DNA of 64,000 nucleotides from a virus (lineage: Duplodnaviria; Caudoviricetes): IMG/VR virus record IMGVR_UViG_3300021431_000084. One strand, written 5' to 3'. Positions 21,256-31,136 of this stretch are shown in pieces. A program made the position numbers and the translations under genes. A model generated the notes under the pieces. It made no database searches and was not told where the DNA came from. It saw nothing but the letters and a program-made list of their open reading frames with translations. The first letter of the stretch is position 1. Every line of letters begins with the position of its first letter.

Positions 21256-23037
21256 TTAAAAATAATATTCTGTTTGTCCTGTGGCTTCAATATCATCAAT
21301 AACAATTTGACCGGTTACAAAACCATTCCATTCATTTAATGAACATTTGCCAAGGATGTTGATGAAGGTACATCCATGTTCTGGTGGTGTAAGTTCTTCG
21401 ACTTTCTCGTCTGAAACTCCAAACATAACCATTGTTACACCATTAGACATTTCAATTCTTATTGTATGTTTATTTGTATCTCCATAAACAGAAAAATTAT
21501 CGGGAGTGATTGAAATGTTTTCAACTACAATTAAAGGTTCTTCTAAACTCTGTCCCCATACTAATCTTAATTCAGCAATTTCTTTTATATCTTCTTTTGT
21601 AAAATCATTTTTACCCCAAATAAAATCAACTCTGGAACAAGGTGTAAAAGAGCAATCTTTCAATTTTTCATTAGAATAATTGATGAAGTTTTCAAAATCT
21701 TTATCAGCGATAGAACAACCAAAAGCTGAAGCATGTCCTTCGCTTAAAAGAGAATATCCACTTTGCTTTACAAAATCCTTAAAATCTGTAAAATCTTTTG
21801 TATTATATCCTCTACCAGAACCATCCCAAGTTATGGTATTATCTTCATGTGTTACTTCTGTCAGTAACAAAAATGGATGTTTATATTTAGCCATTAATTT
21901 GTTTGCAATAAGTCCTGTAAGATTTCTACTTATCAACTGGCCAGGTTTTAACTTGACCGCAATAATTTTATTTTCATCAAGGTGCTTTTCCTTAATAATA
22001 CCTTCTACAATTTCAATATTTTTTGAAACACTACTATCTTGGTGTCTTTTAATATTGGTAGCGTTGCGGCAGGCTTGTTCTGCGACTGTTTCGAACTGGC
22101 CCTTGCACCCTCTCTTAGTTGAAGGAATCATTGCCCTACCCTTGAAGTCAAGCATTGATTCAAAAAGTAATAACTTCTCTTCTATTGTTCCCATTCTAAT
22201 TGTTCCATTTATTTGTGGTACAACATAGAAACTAATAGAAAATGGGCAAAGACCACCAGCCTTGTTGATAGAATAAGCTGCCTGATGAGTCATTTGAGTT
22301 ACAAATGGGTTTTTAATATTGGCCAAACCTGTTTCAATAAGATATTTTGTTTCATAATCTCTTATATCCATCATATCACCAATTAAACCAATAGCAACTA
22401 AGTCAGTTATTTCTTCAGAATAATTTTTGTTTATGATTTCATCCATTCGACTACAAAACTTATAAACTACACCGACTCCCGACAATGACTTAGTTGGATA
22501 ATCATTTGATAACTGATTATTAATTACAACAGCATCTTGCGAATATCTTTCAGCTTCGTGGTGGTCAAGAACTAAAATGTCATATCCTTTTTCTTTTAGT
22601 TCTTTGTGTTGCTCATAATCATTACTACTTGAATCTGGACAAATGATTAACTTAAATTCTGGGTGGCGTTCTATGTAAGCCATATTATCTGCTAATCCAT
22701 GTTGCTTTCCATCATGCACACGATATGAAATTTTAGTTTGTGTGTAATACGGAAAAACAAGATTAAGATAATTTATTAGTGCGGCCGCGCTCGTGTACCC
22801 ATCGGCATCGCAGTCAACTATTACCAAGATCTGGTCATTGTTCTTAATATGACCAATTAGCATTTTTATTCCTTCGTCCATATGATCCAATCTTCGTGGA
22901 TCTACAAGATCGGCCTCTGAAGTAGAGAGATAGTGCTGGATGCAGTCGGGCGCAATACCACGGGCCGCAAATATCTTTTCAATAGTTGAGTATGTATTTT
23001 CTATCGGCAATAAAGCCTCTCTTAACATATATTCCAT
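21256..23037 (-). CDS. recJ: RecJ-like ssDNA exonuclease (DHH)
   Basis: 'DCDADG', 'HGL', 'LDHH', 'LSGVGV', 'GSGR', 'GHASAFG'. Confidence 0.93.
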   Translation of the reverse strand: MEYMLREALLPIENTYSTIEKIFAARGIAPDCIQHYLSTSEADLVDPRRLDHMDEGIKMLIGHIKNNDQILVIVDCDADGYTSAAALINYLNLVFPYYTQTKISYRVHDGKQHGLADNMAYIERHPEFKLIICPDSSSNDYEQHKELKEKGYDILVLDHHEAERYSQDAVVINNQLSNDYPTKSLSGVGVVYKFCSRMDEIINKNYSEEITDLVAIGLIGDMMDIRDYETKYLIETGLANIKNPFVTQMTHQAAYSINKAGGLCPFSISFYVVPQINGTIRMGTIEEKLLLFESMLDFKGRAMIPSTKRGCKGQFETVAEQACRNATNIKRHQDSSVSKNIEIVEGIIKEKHLDENKIIAVKLKPGQLISRNLTGLIANKLMAKYKHPFLLLTEVTHEDNTITWDGSGRGYNTKDFTDFKDFVKQSGYSLLSEGHASAFGCSIADKDFENFINYSNEKLKDCSFTPCSRVDFIWGKNDFTKEDIKEIAELRLVWGQSLEEPLIVVENISITPDNFSVYGDTNKHTIRIEMSNGVTMVMFGVSDEKVEELTPPEHGCTFINILGKCSLNEWNGFVTGQIVIDDIEATGQTEYYF

Positions 23038-24140
23038 TACAATACAATTCTCTCCTTAAATAACTGTAAAAACTTTTCTTTTCCTTCATCTATTGGTGCG
23101 CTTTTATAATTTGTAATCATTTTCTTATCAAATATAAAAGAAATTATAGTAGAGTTCTTATATCTTTCTCTAATTTTTAATAAATTATCTTTTAAATGGT
23201 TAAACTCCTTATCTCCTATCTTTTGGAATTGTCTGTCAAATGCTATAATAACTTCTTCAACTCCTGCATCCATTAACAACTGCATTTGATAACTGGAGAT
23301 ATTCGAACCACAACAAGCTACCGCTATATCATTATCTTTTCCAAAAAGACTAATATACTTTAATACAGATTTTTCTGATTCAAATATAATTGCCTTCTTT
23401 GCTGCTTTTATATTTTCTTTCGCCCAATTAAAACCATACAAGTTAAAACCAAGAGGGTGATTATATAACTTACCTTGTATTAGTAAAGGTCGATATTTGC
23501 CATATAATTCTCCCTCTTCCTTACTCATGGTACGGCCTCTTAAACCTATGAAACGATTATCTTTATCAAAGTGCGGGATAGTGATCTGATCTCCGCCAAG
23601 ATAATATCCAATACATGCAAGGTCTAATACTTCTTGAGTTATTCCTTCTTCGAGCCAAGGCTTTAACACAATATCATAACTCATTCTTTCAAGAATACTA
23701 TCATCATATTCTTTTAATTGTATATCTGATACACTTTTTATTTCAATTTTCTTAATTCTATCATAAGATGCAAGAACATTCCAATCTTCTAAATCTTCTT
23801 CTCCGTTGCTCTCTACAGTTCCGTAGAGACCAAATTTTCCAGCAACCCATCTGACTGCTTCATTCAAATCAATTTCTTGGTCATACTGTATCTTAAAACA
23901 TTTGATTACTAATTCAAATATATCAAAACTTGGAGTAGAACAACCTGTATAACAATTTAATAATTTACTATTTGAATAGTAGTACAATTTATGACTTCCA
24001 CAACCAGGACAATTATGACATATAGTATCAGACACAATAGCACCATTTGACCAGGTTGGGTTTCCACCCAACTCTGTCAAAACCTCGAAGATATTTTCTT
24101 CTGTTAATGCCTGTTTAATTTTATCCTTATCATATGCCAT
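23037..24140 (-). CDS. DNA primase
   Basis: N-terminal Zn finger (CH..CYTGC); TOPRIM 'IFESEKS' and 'IAFD'; adjacent to the helicase. Confidence 0.85.
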   Translation of the reverse strand: MAYDKDKIKQALTEENIFEVLTELGGNPTWSNGAIVSDTICHNCPGCGSHKLYYYSNSKLLNCYTGCSTPSFDIFELVIKCFKIQYDQEIDLNEAVRWVAGKFGLYGTVESNGEEDLEDWNVLASYDRIKKIEIKSVSDIQLKEYDDSILERMSYDIVLKPWLEEGITQEVLDLACIGYYLGGDQITIPHFDKDNRFIGLRGRTMSKEEGELYGKYRPLLIQGKLYNHPLGFNLYGFNWAKENIKAAKKAIIFESEKSVLKYISLFGKDNDIAVACCGSNISSYQMQLLMDAGVEEVIIAFDRQFQKIGDKEFNHLKDNLLKIRERYKNSTIISFIFDKKMITNYKSAPIDEGKEKFLQLFKERIVL

Positions 24141-25675
24141 TAACATTGTTCAAAGGCTCCTTCTTCTTCTACCATAATGCTCAAATTGTTAATCTGAACA
24201 ATTTCATAATCATAAGTTGTTGCAAACATTGGTTGAATTCTACAAGTTCCAAGATTTGCTTTACACCAAAGATATATTCCCTTATATCTTCCTCGTCTAT
24301 TCTTATAGATAGACAACTTAATTGCTGGTGTCTCAAAAGTTCCGGTACTTAAAATATCAACAAGTGCTTCTTTATCTTTCTGTGTTACTCCTAAGAGAAT
24401 AGCACCGTAGTCAATCTTATCAGCTATGGCTTTAGCACCTCTTAACAAGTTCTGGTCAGGTGTCTCTGAATCTACATAAGAACCATTCAACTGTGTAGCA
24501 CTTTCGATAAATACTCCATACTGATTACAAATATCCTTAAGTTTTGTAGAAAGGATAAACAAAATATTATCCTCTCTTAACTTAACTCCACCACTTCTTC
24601 TTGTTATCTCTTCCAAGATTTTCATTGAGGTATGAATATAATCATGGAATACATATTTAACATCGTGTTCACGAATGTTCTGCTTAATCTTATTCTCAAC
24701 ATCCTGCAACGAGAAGTCAGGAAGTTCCTCAACATAAAGAGGACTACGAGATATAACCTGTGCGGCGTGGAGGACGCGCTCCTCTTCATCGCCCACATAT
24801 GTACCATTGAGGATGTGGTCTTCATCGACATTGGACAAGAACGCAAGCATCATCGTCTGGACTTCTTTCAAATCCTGCTCTGTTGCTATGAACAAAGTTG
24901 GTTCCATTGTTCCATTCTTAATCCAACCAAATGAATCATCATATATTTCATCGCACGCGATATAGCATGCATCAGCAATCAGGCTACGTGTCTTACCAAT
25001 ACCAGTGGCCGCACTTCTAATATAGAACTTTCTTAATCTTGCGCCCCTCGTTACTGTGTTGATTAAGTTCCCATACAAAGGAACTCCTACTTCTGGGTTC
25101 TCCTTCAAATCATTAATTAAGTCAATGATACCGTCACCAGCCTGTGAAGCCTCCCCATAAGATTCATCAACATATTGTAATCTAATTGCTTCAATTTTTC
25201 TATCAACTTTATTCGCAATATCTTCAAGAGTCATATTATCCAGTTGGTCTTCTTGAAGTTGCTTTTTCTTTACATCTAATAAATCTGGATCATAAATGTC
25301 AGTTACATCTATTCCATAATTGTCATATACTCTCAAAAGTGTCATTTTCTTTAAGCGATTATAATAGTAGTCAAATGATAATGTCTGCGCACTATCTGTG
25401 ACTTTCATTAACCATTTGTCGCCATCTTGCTTTTTATAAATCGCTTCGCTCTTGGGTCTTGAAGACAAGAAGTCATTTATATTTTCAAGAGTTATTGTCT
25501 TCGCTCCCAATTCATGAATCTTATATATAGCACCGAAGACAACTCTGTGGAAATCATCAGTGAAGTCCTCGTCTGTTACTATATACTTGTCAGTGAGTTC
25601 CAAGAGGTTAGGGTTGTTATATACACAACCGATAACCTGAACTACACTTGTCATATCTACATATTTTGAACCCAT
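24140..25675 (-). CDS. dnaB: Replicative DnaB-like helicase
   Basis: Walker A 'AATGIGKT', 'FHDYI', 'SATQLN', 'KNRRG'. Confidence 0.9.
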   Translation of the reverse strand: MGSKYVDMTSVVQVIGCVYNNPNLLELTDKYIVTDEDFTDDFHRVVFGAIYKIHELGAKTITLENINDFLSSRPKSEAIYKKQDGDKWLMKVTDSAQTLSFDYYYNRLKKMTLLRVYDNYGIDVTDIYDPDLLDVKKKQLQEDQLDNMTLEDIANKVDRKIEAIRLQYVDESYGEASQAGDGIIDLINDLKENPEVGVPLYGNLINTVTRGARLRKFYIRSAATGIGKTRSLIADACYIACDEIYDDSFGWIKNGTMEPTLFIATEQDLKEVQTMMLAFLSNVDEDHILNGTYVGDEEERVLHAAQVISRSPLYVEELPDFSLQDVENKIKQNIREHDVKYVFHDYIHTSMKILEEITRRSGGVKLREDNILFILSTKLKDICNQYGVFIESATQLNGSYVDSETPDQNLLRGAKAIADKIDYGAILLGVTQKDKEALVDILSTGTFETPAIKLSIYKNRRGRYKGIYLWCKANLGTCRIQPMFATTYDYEIVQINNLSIMVEEEGAFEQC

Positions 25676-25681
25676 TGTTCT

Positions 25682-26188
25682 TTACTCCTTGTCTAAAAAA
25701 CTAAACAATCTTCTTTTTCTTTTTTGCGGTCTTTCTGGACTTTTTATGTGAACCACTTGTTGTTGTATCTGTAAGTCAGCGGCAGTTTTATCTTTATTCT
25801 TTTGGTTTGCTTCCCAAATGGAATAATAATAATTATAAGCATCTTTGTAAATATATGGAACTATTCCAATACCACTATTTGCTTTTTCTATTGAATTACC
25901 TTTGACTTCATAAAAATACACCAATGCTTTATGAATACCAGAATAAGTATAATGATATTCTTCAACATATTGCTTAATCTGTTTTTGTATTCTTGGTGTC
26001 ACATAATCGAGTTTAAACAACTTCATTATGTAGTTATCAAGTGCAGTTTTGTCATTTGCCTCCTTTTGCTCAGCTTCTGTTCTTTTTTCGTAACACTCTT
26101 TATGAGAATATCTATTGCCTTCTTTGACACACGGAACAGTATCGCGGTCAAAAGTCTGATTACAGCACTTACATTTAACTTTGTGCAT
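25682..26188 (-). CDS. Zn-finger protein upstream of the helicase (possible loader/initiator)
   Basis: 'CKCC..H..C'; ATG 26188 after AAGGAG; function inferred from position only. Confidence 0.5.
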   Translation of the reverse strand: MHKVKCKCCNQTFDRDTVPCVKEGNRYSHKECYEKRTEAEQKEANDKTALDNYIMKLFKLDYVTPRIQKQIKQYVEEYHYTYSGIHKALVYFYEVKGNSIEKANSGIGIVPYIYKDAYNYYYSIWEANQKNKDKTAADLQIQQQVVHIKSPERPQKRKRRLFSFLDKE

Positions 26189-26243
26189 GAACAGATTTCT
26201 CCTTTTAAAAATATTATACAATAATATTATAACATTTTTTATT

Positions 26244-26276
26244 AAAAAAGCCAACCCGATATTGAATCGGGTTGGC
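26244..26276 (-). terminator. Intrinsic terminator overlapping the -35 of the next promoter
   Basis: GCCAACCCGAT-attga-ATCGGGTTGGC with A-run. Confidence 0.85.
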
Positions 26277-26371
26277 CTGACATAGAAAGGATAAGATACT
26301 TTGATAGAGTTTACTGTTTAGATGATCTTCTAAAAGATTGGAAATTATTAAAATAAACTCTGGGATAAAAG

Positions 26372-27343
26372 TTAAAGTAAAGTATCCTTAATTTCTCCAT
26401 TAATGACTGCGATAACCTCTGCCTGAGCAATAGTTGCATCGCCAATCTTCTTGCCCTTACCAAGATGCTTCTCAATAATAGCGGTAATCTTAGGCTGATA
26501 ATCTTGGCTCTTATTCATAAGAGTAGTAGCCATTTCCTTGAACTCAGCCATAAGACTGTCAAAGTCGTAAGTTGCAGCAGCTGCAATCTTCTCCTTTTCT
26601 TCAGTAACAAACTTGTTACCAGTGTTATTAGCTTCTTCGTCAATTGCCTTATTCAAAGCATCAACGAGTGACTGATATGAGAAAGGAATTACCTTGTCAA
26701 TGCAAGAGAATCTTGATTTGCACTCAATAGTTCCATCGTCTGAACGAAGAACCAACTTTCTTTCTCCCTTATCAACATCAATATAACCCTCAATATCAAC
26801 CATGTTCTTAATGATTTCATTATAAACATTAGAGCAAGAAGGGCCGATAGCGTTATACTGTGTCTGGTCCTTGTTAGTGACAGTTCTCTCCTTTGAGTGT
26901 GAAATGAAAACAACTGCATATCCCTTCATAGCAATATTACGGAAAGTTGTCTCCCACTCCTTCTTTACCTTGGCCCAACCATTCTTAGTCCAGCCACCGT
27001 CACCAATATTTTCAATATCAAGCTGAGAACAAACATACTTCTCACAAAGTTGTGAAGCAATATCTACTGTATCAATAACAACACTCTTGAAATTTTCTTT
27101 AACCTCTGGGTCGTCCAGCTGACGAAGAACTTGCTTCATTTCTGCCCAAGAAGTAATATCCTGAGCAATAACTCCCGGCAATGCGTTATATCCACGCTCA
27201 AATGCAAGTAAGAGTGGATCGGGCATCTGGGAACCGAAAGTTGTCTTTCCGGCTCCACCCGGTCCGTAGATATAAGTAATATAGCCAGAAAGATCTCTAC
27301 TTACCTTGTGGGGCTTTAACCCCTTAAGATTTATAGTTGCCAT
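26372..27343 (-). CDS. AAA_24/Sak4-like ATPase (recombinase)
   Basis: 'YGPGGAGKTT', 'LLAFERG', 'VVIDTV', 'FISHS'. Confidence 0.8.
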   Translation of the reverse strand: MATINLKGLKPHKVSRDLSGYITYIYGPGGAGKTTFGSQMPDPLLLAFERGYNALPGVIAQDITSWAEMKQVLRQLDDPEVKENFKSVVIDTVDIASQLCEKYVCSQLDIENIGDGGWTKNGWAKVKKEWETTFRNIAMKGYAVVFISHSKERTVTNKDQTQYNAIGPSCSNVYNEIIKNMVDIEGYIDVDKGERKLVLRSDDGTIECKSRFSCIDKVIPFSYQSLVDALNKAIDEEANNTGNKFVTEEKEKIAAAATYDFDSLMAEFKEMATTLMNKSQDYQPKITAIIEKHLGKGKKIGDATIAQAEVIAVINGEIKDTLL

Positions 27344-27363
27344 ATTATCTTATACCTCCAATA

Positions 27364-28281
27364 TTAGAAATTAAATCCGCCTGCTGCAGCGGGAGCAGCA
27401 GTTGCACCCTTAGCTGCCTTTCTTTCCTCATATCCAGCCTTGATAGTTGCGAGATATGTCTCTCTGTCTGCAAGAGCCTTAGTCAACTCAGCAGCAGTGA
27501 TTGTACTCTCATCGTCCCAAGCATAGATGTCCTTCTGTGCATTGTAGATGATCCATTTCTTTGTCTCTCTTGTTGTTTCAGTTACGATGTCATCACCGAA
27601 AGCTGACTCCTCAACCTTCTGCTTTGTAACTGTCTGTGAGAGAACACGAACATATACCTTAGTGAAGACAGGGTTCTTTGAAGATGCATCAAGACCCTCG
27701 AAGTAAGAGATAGCATTAGGATTCTCTACCTCAAATTCAACAGGAAGGAAGTCCTTTCTGTAAGGTCCAAATACTGCACCCTTAACAAAAGTTCTTGCGG
27801 GATAGTTCTCAGTTGCATCAAGAGTTCTCATACCAGAGATAACCATATCTGCTTCAATATAGTTTCTCTTATTAACATCCTTATCAATATCAGTTACGGC
27901 ATGAACAAACTTACCCTCAATTCTCTTTGCACTAACAAGTTCTGTCTGACCATCACGCTCTGTATAGAAGTCATTTACTCCAACTTCACCATCAATCTTA
28001 ACCATTGTGTTTCCGCCACCCAACTGAGTAGGAAGAACACCATCAATAATCTTTTTGAGAACTGTATAAGTTGCGTTCTCCTTGCCAGCCTTAGTTGTAG
28101 CTGTCAAATATGTAAAATGAACAGGTACAATGTTATTTGTATCAGGATCAGTCAATACTCTGAGTTCACCTGTAATGTACTCTGTTCCGGGATTCTTTGA
28201 ATTCTCACCTGTTACCTTAGCCTGAAGCTTGTGCTCGTATACAATTCCTTCTACATGGGACTTATTTACAATTGCCTTCAT
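27364..28281 (-). CDS. Putative single-stranded DNA-binding protein
   Basis: 305 aa, OB-fold-like, aromatic flexible C-terminus, adjacent to the Sak4-like gene. Confidence 0.6.
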   Translation of the reverse strand: MKAIVNKSHVEGIVYEHKLQAKVTGENSKNPGTEYITGELRVLTDPDTNNIVPVHFTYLTATTKAGKENATYTVLKKIIDGVLPTQLGGGNTMVKIDGEVGVNDFYTERDGQTELVSAKRIEGKFVHAVTDIDKDVNKRNYIEADMVISGMRTLDATENYPARTFVKGAVFGPYRKDFLPVEFEVENPNAISYFEGLDASSKNPVFTKVYVRVLSQTVTKQKVEESAFGDDIVTETTRETKKWIIYNAQKDIYAWDDESTITAAELTKALADRETYLATIKAGYEERKAAKGATAAPAAAGGFNF

Positions 28282-28311
28282 AAATTTTCTCCTTTTTTAT
28301 TATTTATTTTA

Positions 28312-28980
28312 TTATAACATATTATTTTTATATTTCCAAATATAACCGCCAGCGGTTTTGCCTTTTCCATTACATACATTACAAATAGTTGCTTTTGCAA
28401 TTCCTGTTATTTTTGAAGCTTCAGCTATTGAATTATATTCTTCAATTATTTCTTTTGTTTCTTTATCTAATTGTATAACCGTAAAATCAGTACGTTTTAT
28501 TATTGGAAGTATTTTTTTTGTATCATCAGCATATTTCCATTGATATGTACCTGATTGTTGAATTATTCCACGACAACATTTACATATCTGTGTATGGGAA
28601 ATTCCAGTGATTTGACTAGCTTGTGAAGCACTTGGATATTCTTTTATAAATTTTCCTTGTAAATCAAATTGAAGAACCTTTTTTCCCTTAGCATAACCAG
28701 CACCATTAGTACCTCCCTCTATCATGTTATATCCATTAGGTACCAAAGACTGATAAAAATTTATCCAATAAATTTCTTTTTCGTCTAATTCTTCTACTGA
28801 ACATTCTTCTAAAATTTGAAAAGTAAAATTTTGGATTCCGTATTTCTTAAATGCTTGATGTATAGCAAAATCATCTTTTGCAAACAAATGGTCGTGCCAT
28901 CTTTTTTCAATATATAAACTTTGTCCAATATAGATTTTATGATTTATTAGATTTTCTATTTTATAGATACCTGTAATCAA
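28312..28980 (-). CDS. GIY-YIG homing endonuclease with two NUMOD1-like domains
   Basis: 'GIYKIENLINHKIYIGQS'; two 'V.Q.D...EY.S..AS..TGI....I...C.G......Y.WKY' repeats. Confidence 0.9.
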   Translation of the reverse strand: MITGIYKIENLINHKIYIGQSLYIEKRWHDHLFAKDDFAIHQAFKKYGIQNFTFQILEECSVEELDEKEIYWINFYQSLVPNGYNMIEGGTNGAGYAKGKKVLQFDLQGKFIKEYPSASQASQITGISHTQICKCCRGIIQQSGTYQWKYADDTKKILPIIKRTDFTVIQLDKETKEIIEEYNSIAEASKITGIAKATICNVCNGKGKTAGGYIWKYKNNML

Positions 28981-29004
28981 TTTTCATCAACTCCTTTCAA
29001 TATT

Positions 29005-29043
29005 ATATGAATTTTGTTAATGAAAATTTAATTAACTCTGTCC
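29005..29043 (-). promoter_or_regulatory. Putative phage-specific promoter GGACA-N29-CATAT
   Basis: Fixed-spacing motif upstream of the GIY-YIG gene. Confidence 0.6.
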
Positions 29044-29049
29044 ATAAAA

Positions 29050-29391
29050 TTAGTCAATTTTAATATTTTTACCTTTTTCGGTGATACAATAAATAATAGG
29101 GTCTTCCCCAATCTTTTCAACAAAACCATCAGTTACCAGTTTACGCATGGCTCCAGACACGGATCTTGATGAAATAAACATTGCTTCTGCAATGTCCTTT
29201 GCCTTTCCCTTCTCCATTGTGGTTTGCATAAAGTTAAGAATAAGCTTACCATTATCAGAGAGGAGTGGCTTTTCCTTTTCCTCCTTGTTCTTTAAAGCGT
29301 ACCAATAATCAGCAACATCAGCATCTAATTCTCCACACTTTGACATTAAATTCTGTTCTACAAATTCAATAAATTTTTCCTTTTTTGACAT
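29050..29391 (-). CDS. Winged-helix DNA-binding protein
   Basis: 'AKDIAEAMFISSRSVSGAMRKLVTDGFVEK..Y.ITEKG'. Confidence 0.8.
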   Translation of the reverse strand: MSKKEKFIEFVEQNLMSKCGELDADVADYWYALKNKEEKEKPLLSDNGKLILNFMQTTMEKGKAKDIAEAMFISSRSVSGAMRKLVTDGFVEKIGEDPIIYCITEKGKNIKID

Positions 29392-29459
29392 TTGTTAATT
29401 TCTCACTTTCTTAATTTGCTTATACTATAATTATAACATATTTTTTTAATTTTCACAAA

Positions 29460-30128
29460 TTAACCATTTTTGTCCGCTTTGCAGGAATGAGTTTCTGGAC
29501 AAGAGCCTAAATAAACACATTTTGGAACCATATAATTTTTAACTATATAATCCCATTCCTCTGAATACTCAGATAATGCCTTCATTATATCTCTCATTAA
29601 ATCTCTGAATTCCCAATAGGCTCTGTTACAAAGTCTTTGATGGGACATATCAATAAGATTACGCATATTAGTTCTACAAATAATTCTTGTTTTCATACCA
29701 AGAGGTAGAATATTAGCAATATCTTCCTTGGGAATACCAAGGTTAATTAGTTGCTCATAACAACCAAGAATTTCTCCCATTGTTTTTTCATATCTCCATT
29801 TTGCGTAAGCATTATCTGCAATAGAAGGAGGAGTTACAAAACCAAAGTTATCATAGTCAATATACCTAGTTGAAGCTTGAAGTCGAGTTGGTCCACCGGC
29901 AATATGAGTGTAAAACTCTCTAATTACCCTTGCGGAATAGCCATCGAGCGTCAAATATACCTGTGGGAGTTCAAATGTGCGGCCATGCCCACTTTTGATA
30001 TTCTCCAAACCTCTTTTGTAATTCTTTTCCTCGTTTGTTACATCTGAACCATAACAAACCCCACTTTCATATCCAATCAATGAAATAGGGTTCTTTGTAG
30101 TGTGATTTTGAATTGTAACTTTTCCCAT
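29460..30128 (-). CDS. thyX: Flavin-dependent thymidylate synthase (divergent)
   Basis: 'GHGRTFE', 'QASTRY', 'EDIANILP', 'N.R.L.....RLC.RAYWE.R'. Confidence 0.85.
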   Translation of the reverse strand: MGKVTIQNHTTKNPISLIGYESGVCYGSDVTNEEKNYKRGLENIKSGHGRTFELPQVYLTLDGYSARVIREFYTHIAGGPTRLQASTRYIDYDNFGFVTPPSIADNAYAKWRYEKTMGEILGCYEQLINLGIPKEDIANILPLGMKTRIICRTNMRNLIDMSHQRLCNRAYWEFRDLMRDIMKALSEYSEEWDYIVKNYMVPKCVYLGSCPETHSCKADKNG

Positions 30129-30129
30129 C

Positions 30130-31080
30130 TTATCCTCGTTTCATATTGTAACCAAATTCCATACCTTGATAGAAAGTAATCCAATACTTTTCTTTCTCAT
30201 TGAGTTCTGCTCTTGAGCATTCTTCTATAATTTCAAAAGTAAAATTATCTACACCTTCTTTAAGCATGGCGGGGTATAATTTATTTTGTGTTGGAGTTTC
30301 AGCACCCATACCTCGCTTGATATGTTGTTTCCAACGGTCAGCGATATTAACTGCTTGTCCAACATAGGTTTTACCAGAAGTGATATTAGTAATTTTATAA
30401 ATTCCAGTTTTAATAGAACTGCCCACAACTCTACCAATTAAATCAGTATATGGTTTCTCGTAATAAGTTTTCCATATAACTTTATTAAGAGGTTCGGGAT
30501 TACGGAAATGACTTAATAACTCCTGTAATTCTTTTATCTCTTTCTTATCTTCGTCAGATAAAACTATACGATAAAAGTCTGCTTTATCTTTTTCTGCGGC
30601 GGCTCGCTTATTAACTTCAACCGCTGCATCTACTGCGGCCTTGGTGACACGGATCTTCTCCAGCAAGCCCGCAAGTTCTATATTCTTTTCTTCTATCTGC
30701 TTTTGGAAGTCTACTGTGTACTCCTCAAGAGTTGCCAAGTATTCTTCTTTTCCTTCTTCCTCGGCTTTTGAATATAGGTTTTCTAATTCCTTAACCTTAG
30801 CATCAAACTGAGCATTAGCAGTTTCTACTTTACTATCTAAATACTTTTGAGCATAATCATCAGCATTATTTTGTTTTTGTTGTAAAGTATCTGTTAAGTC
30901 AATCAACTTTTGGTTCAATTCATCAACATCTTTTTTTCGTTGATTATAGAGAGCTAATTCCGTGCGGTTTTGCTGTTCTATTTGTTTATCAAGTTGTTTT
31001 GTTTGTTTGAGTTTCGGAAGGAAGAATATGGCACACAGAATAATTCCAATAACAAGTCCTAAAATTATTCCTATCCACAT
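30130..31080 (-). CDS. TM-anchored coiled-coil protein with C-terminal GIY-YIG nuclease
   Basis: Residues 1-21 hydrophobic, about 150 aa coiled coil, then 'GIYKITNITSGKTYVGQA..RWKQH..E..GYN'. Confidence 0.8.
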   Translation of the reverse strand: MWIGIILGLVIGIILCAIFFLPKLKQTKQLDKQIEQQNRTELALYNQRKKDVDELNQKLIDLTDTLQQKQNNADDYAQKYLDSKVETANAQFDAKVKELENLYSKAEEEGKEEYLATLEEYTVDFQKQIEEKNIELAGLLEKIRVTKAAVDAAVEVNKRAAAEKDKADFYRIVLSDEDKKEIKELQELLSHFRNPEPLNKVIWKTYYEKPYTDLIGRVVGSSIKTGIYKITNITSGKTYVGQAVNIADRWKQHIKRGMGAETPTQNKLYPAMLKEGVDNFTFEIIEECSRAELNEKEKYWITFYQGMEFGYNMKRG

Positions 31081-31082
31081 AA

Positions 31083-31114
31083 TAAAAGAGGGGGTGAAGT
31101 GTCCCCCACCCCCT
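31083..31114 (-). terminator. Probable intrinsic terminator
   Basis: AGGGGGTG...CACCCCCT hairpin with A-run on + side. Confidence 0.6.
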
Positions 31115-31136
31115 ATCTCCTATATCTTAGTTCTGA

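Noticed and set aside
26277-26371. Intergenic segment with weak AGAGTTTA/TAAACTCT pairing as an ncRNA
   Set aside because: Pairing is short and AT-rich; it is explained adequately as a 3' UTR before the terminator.
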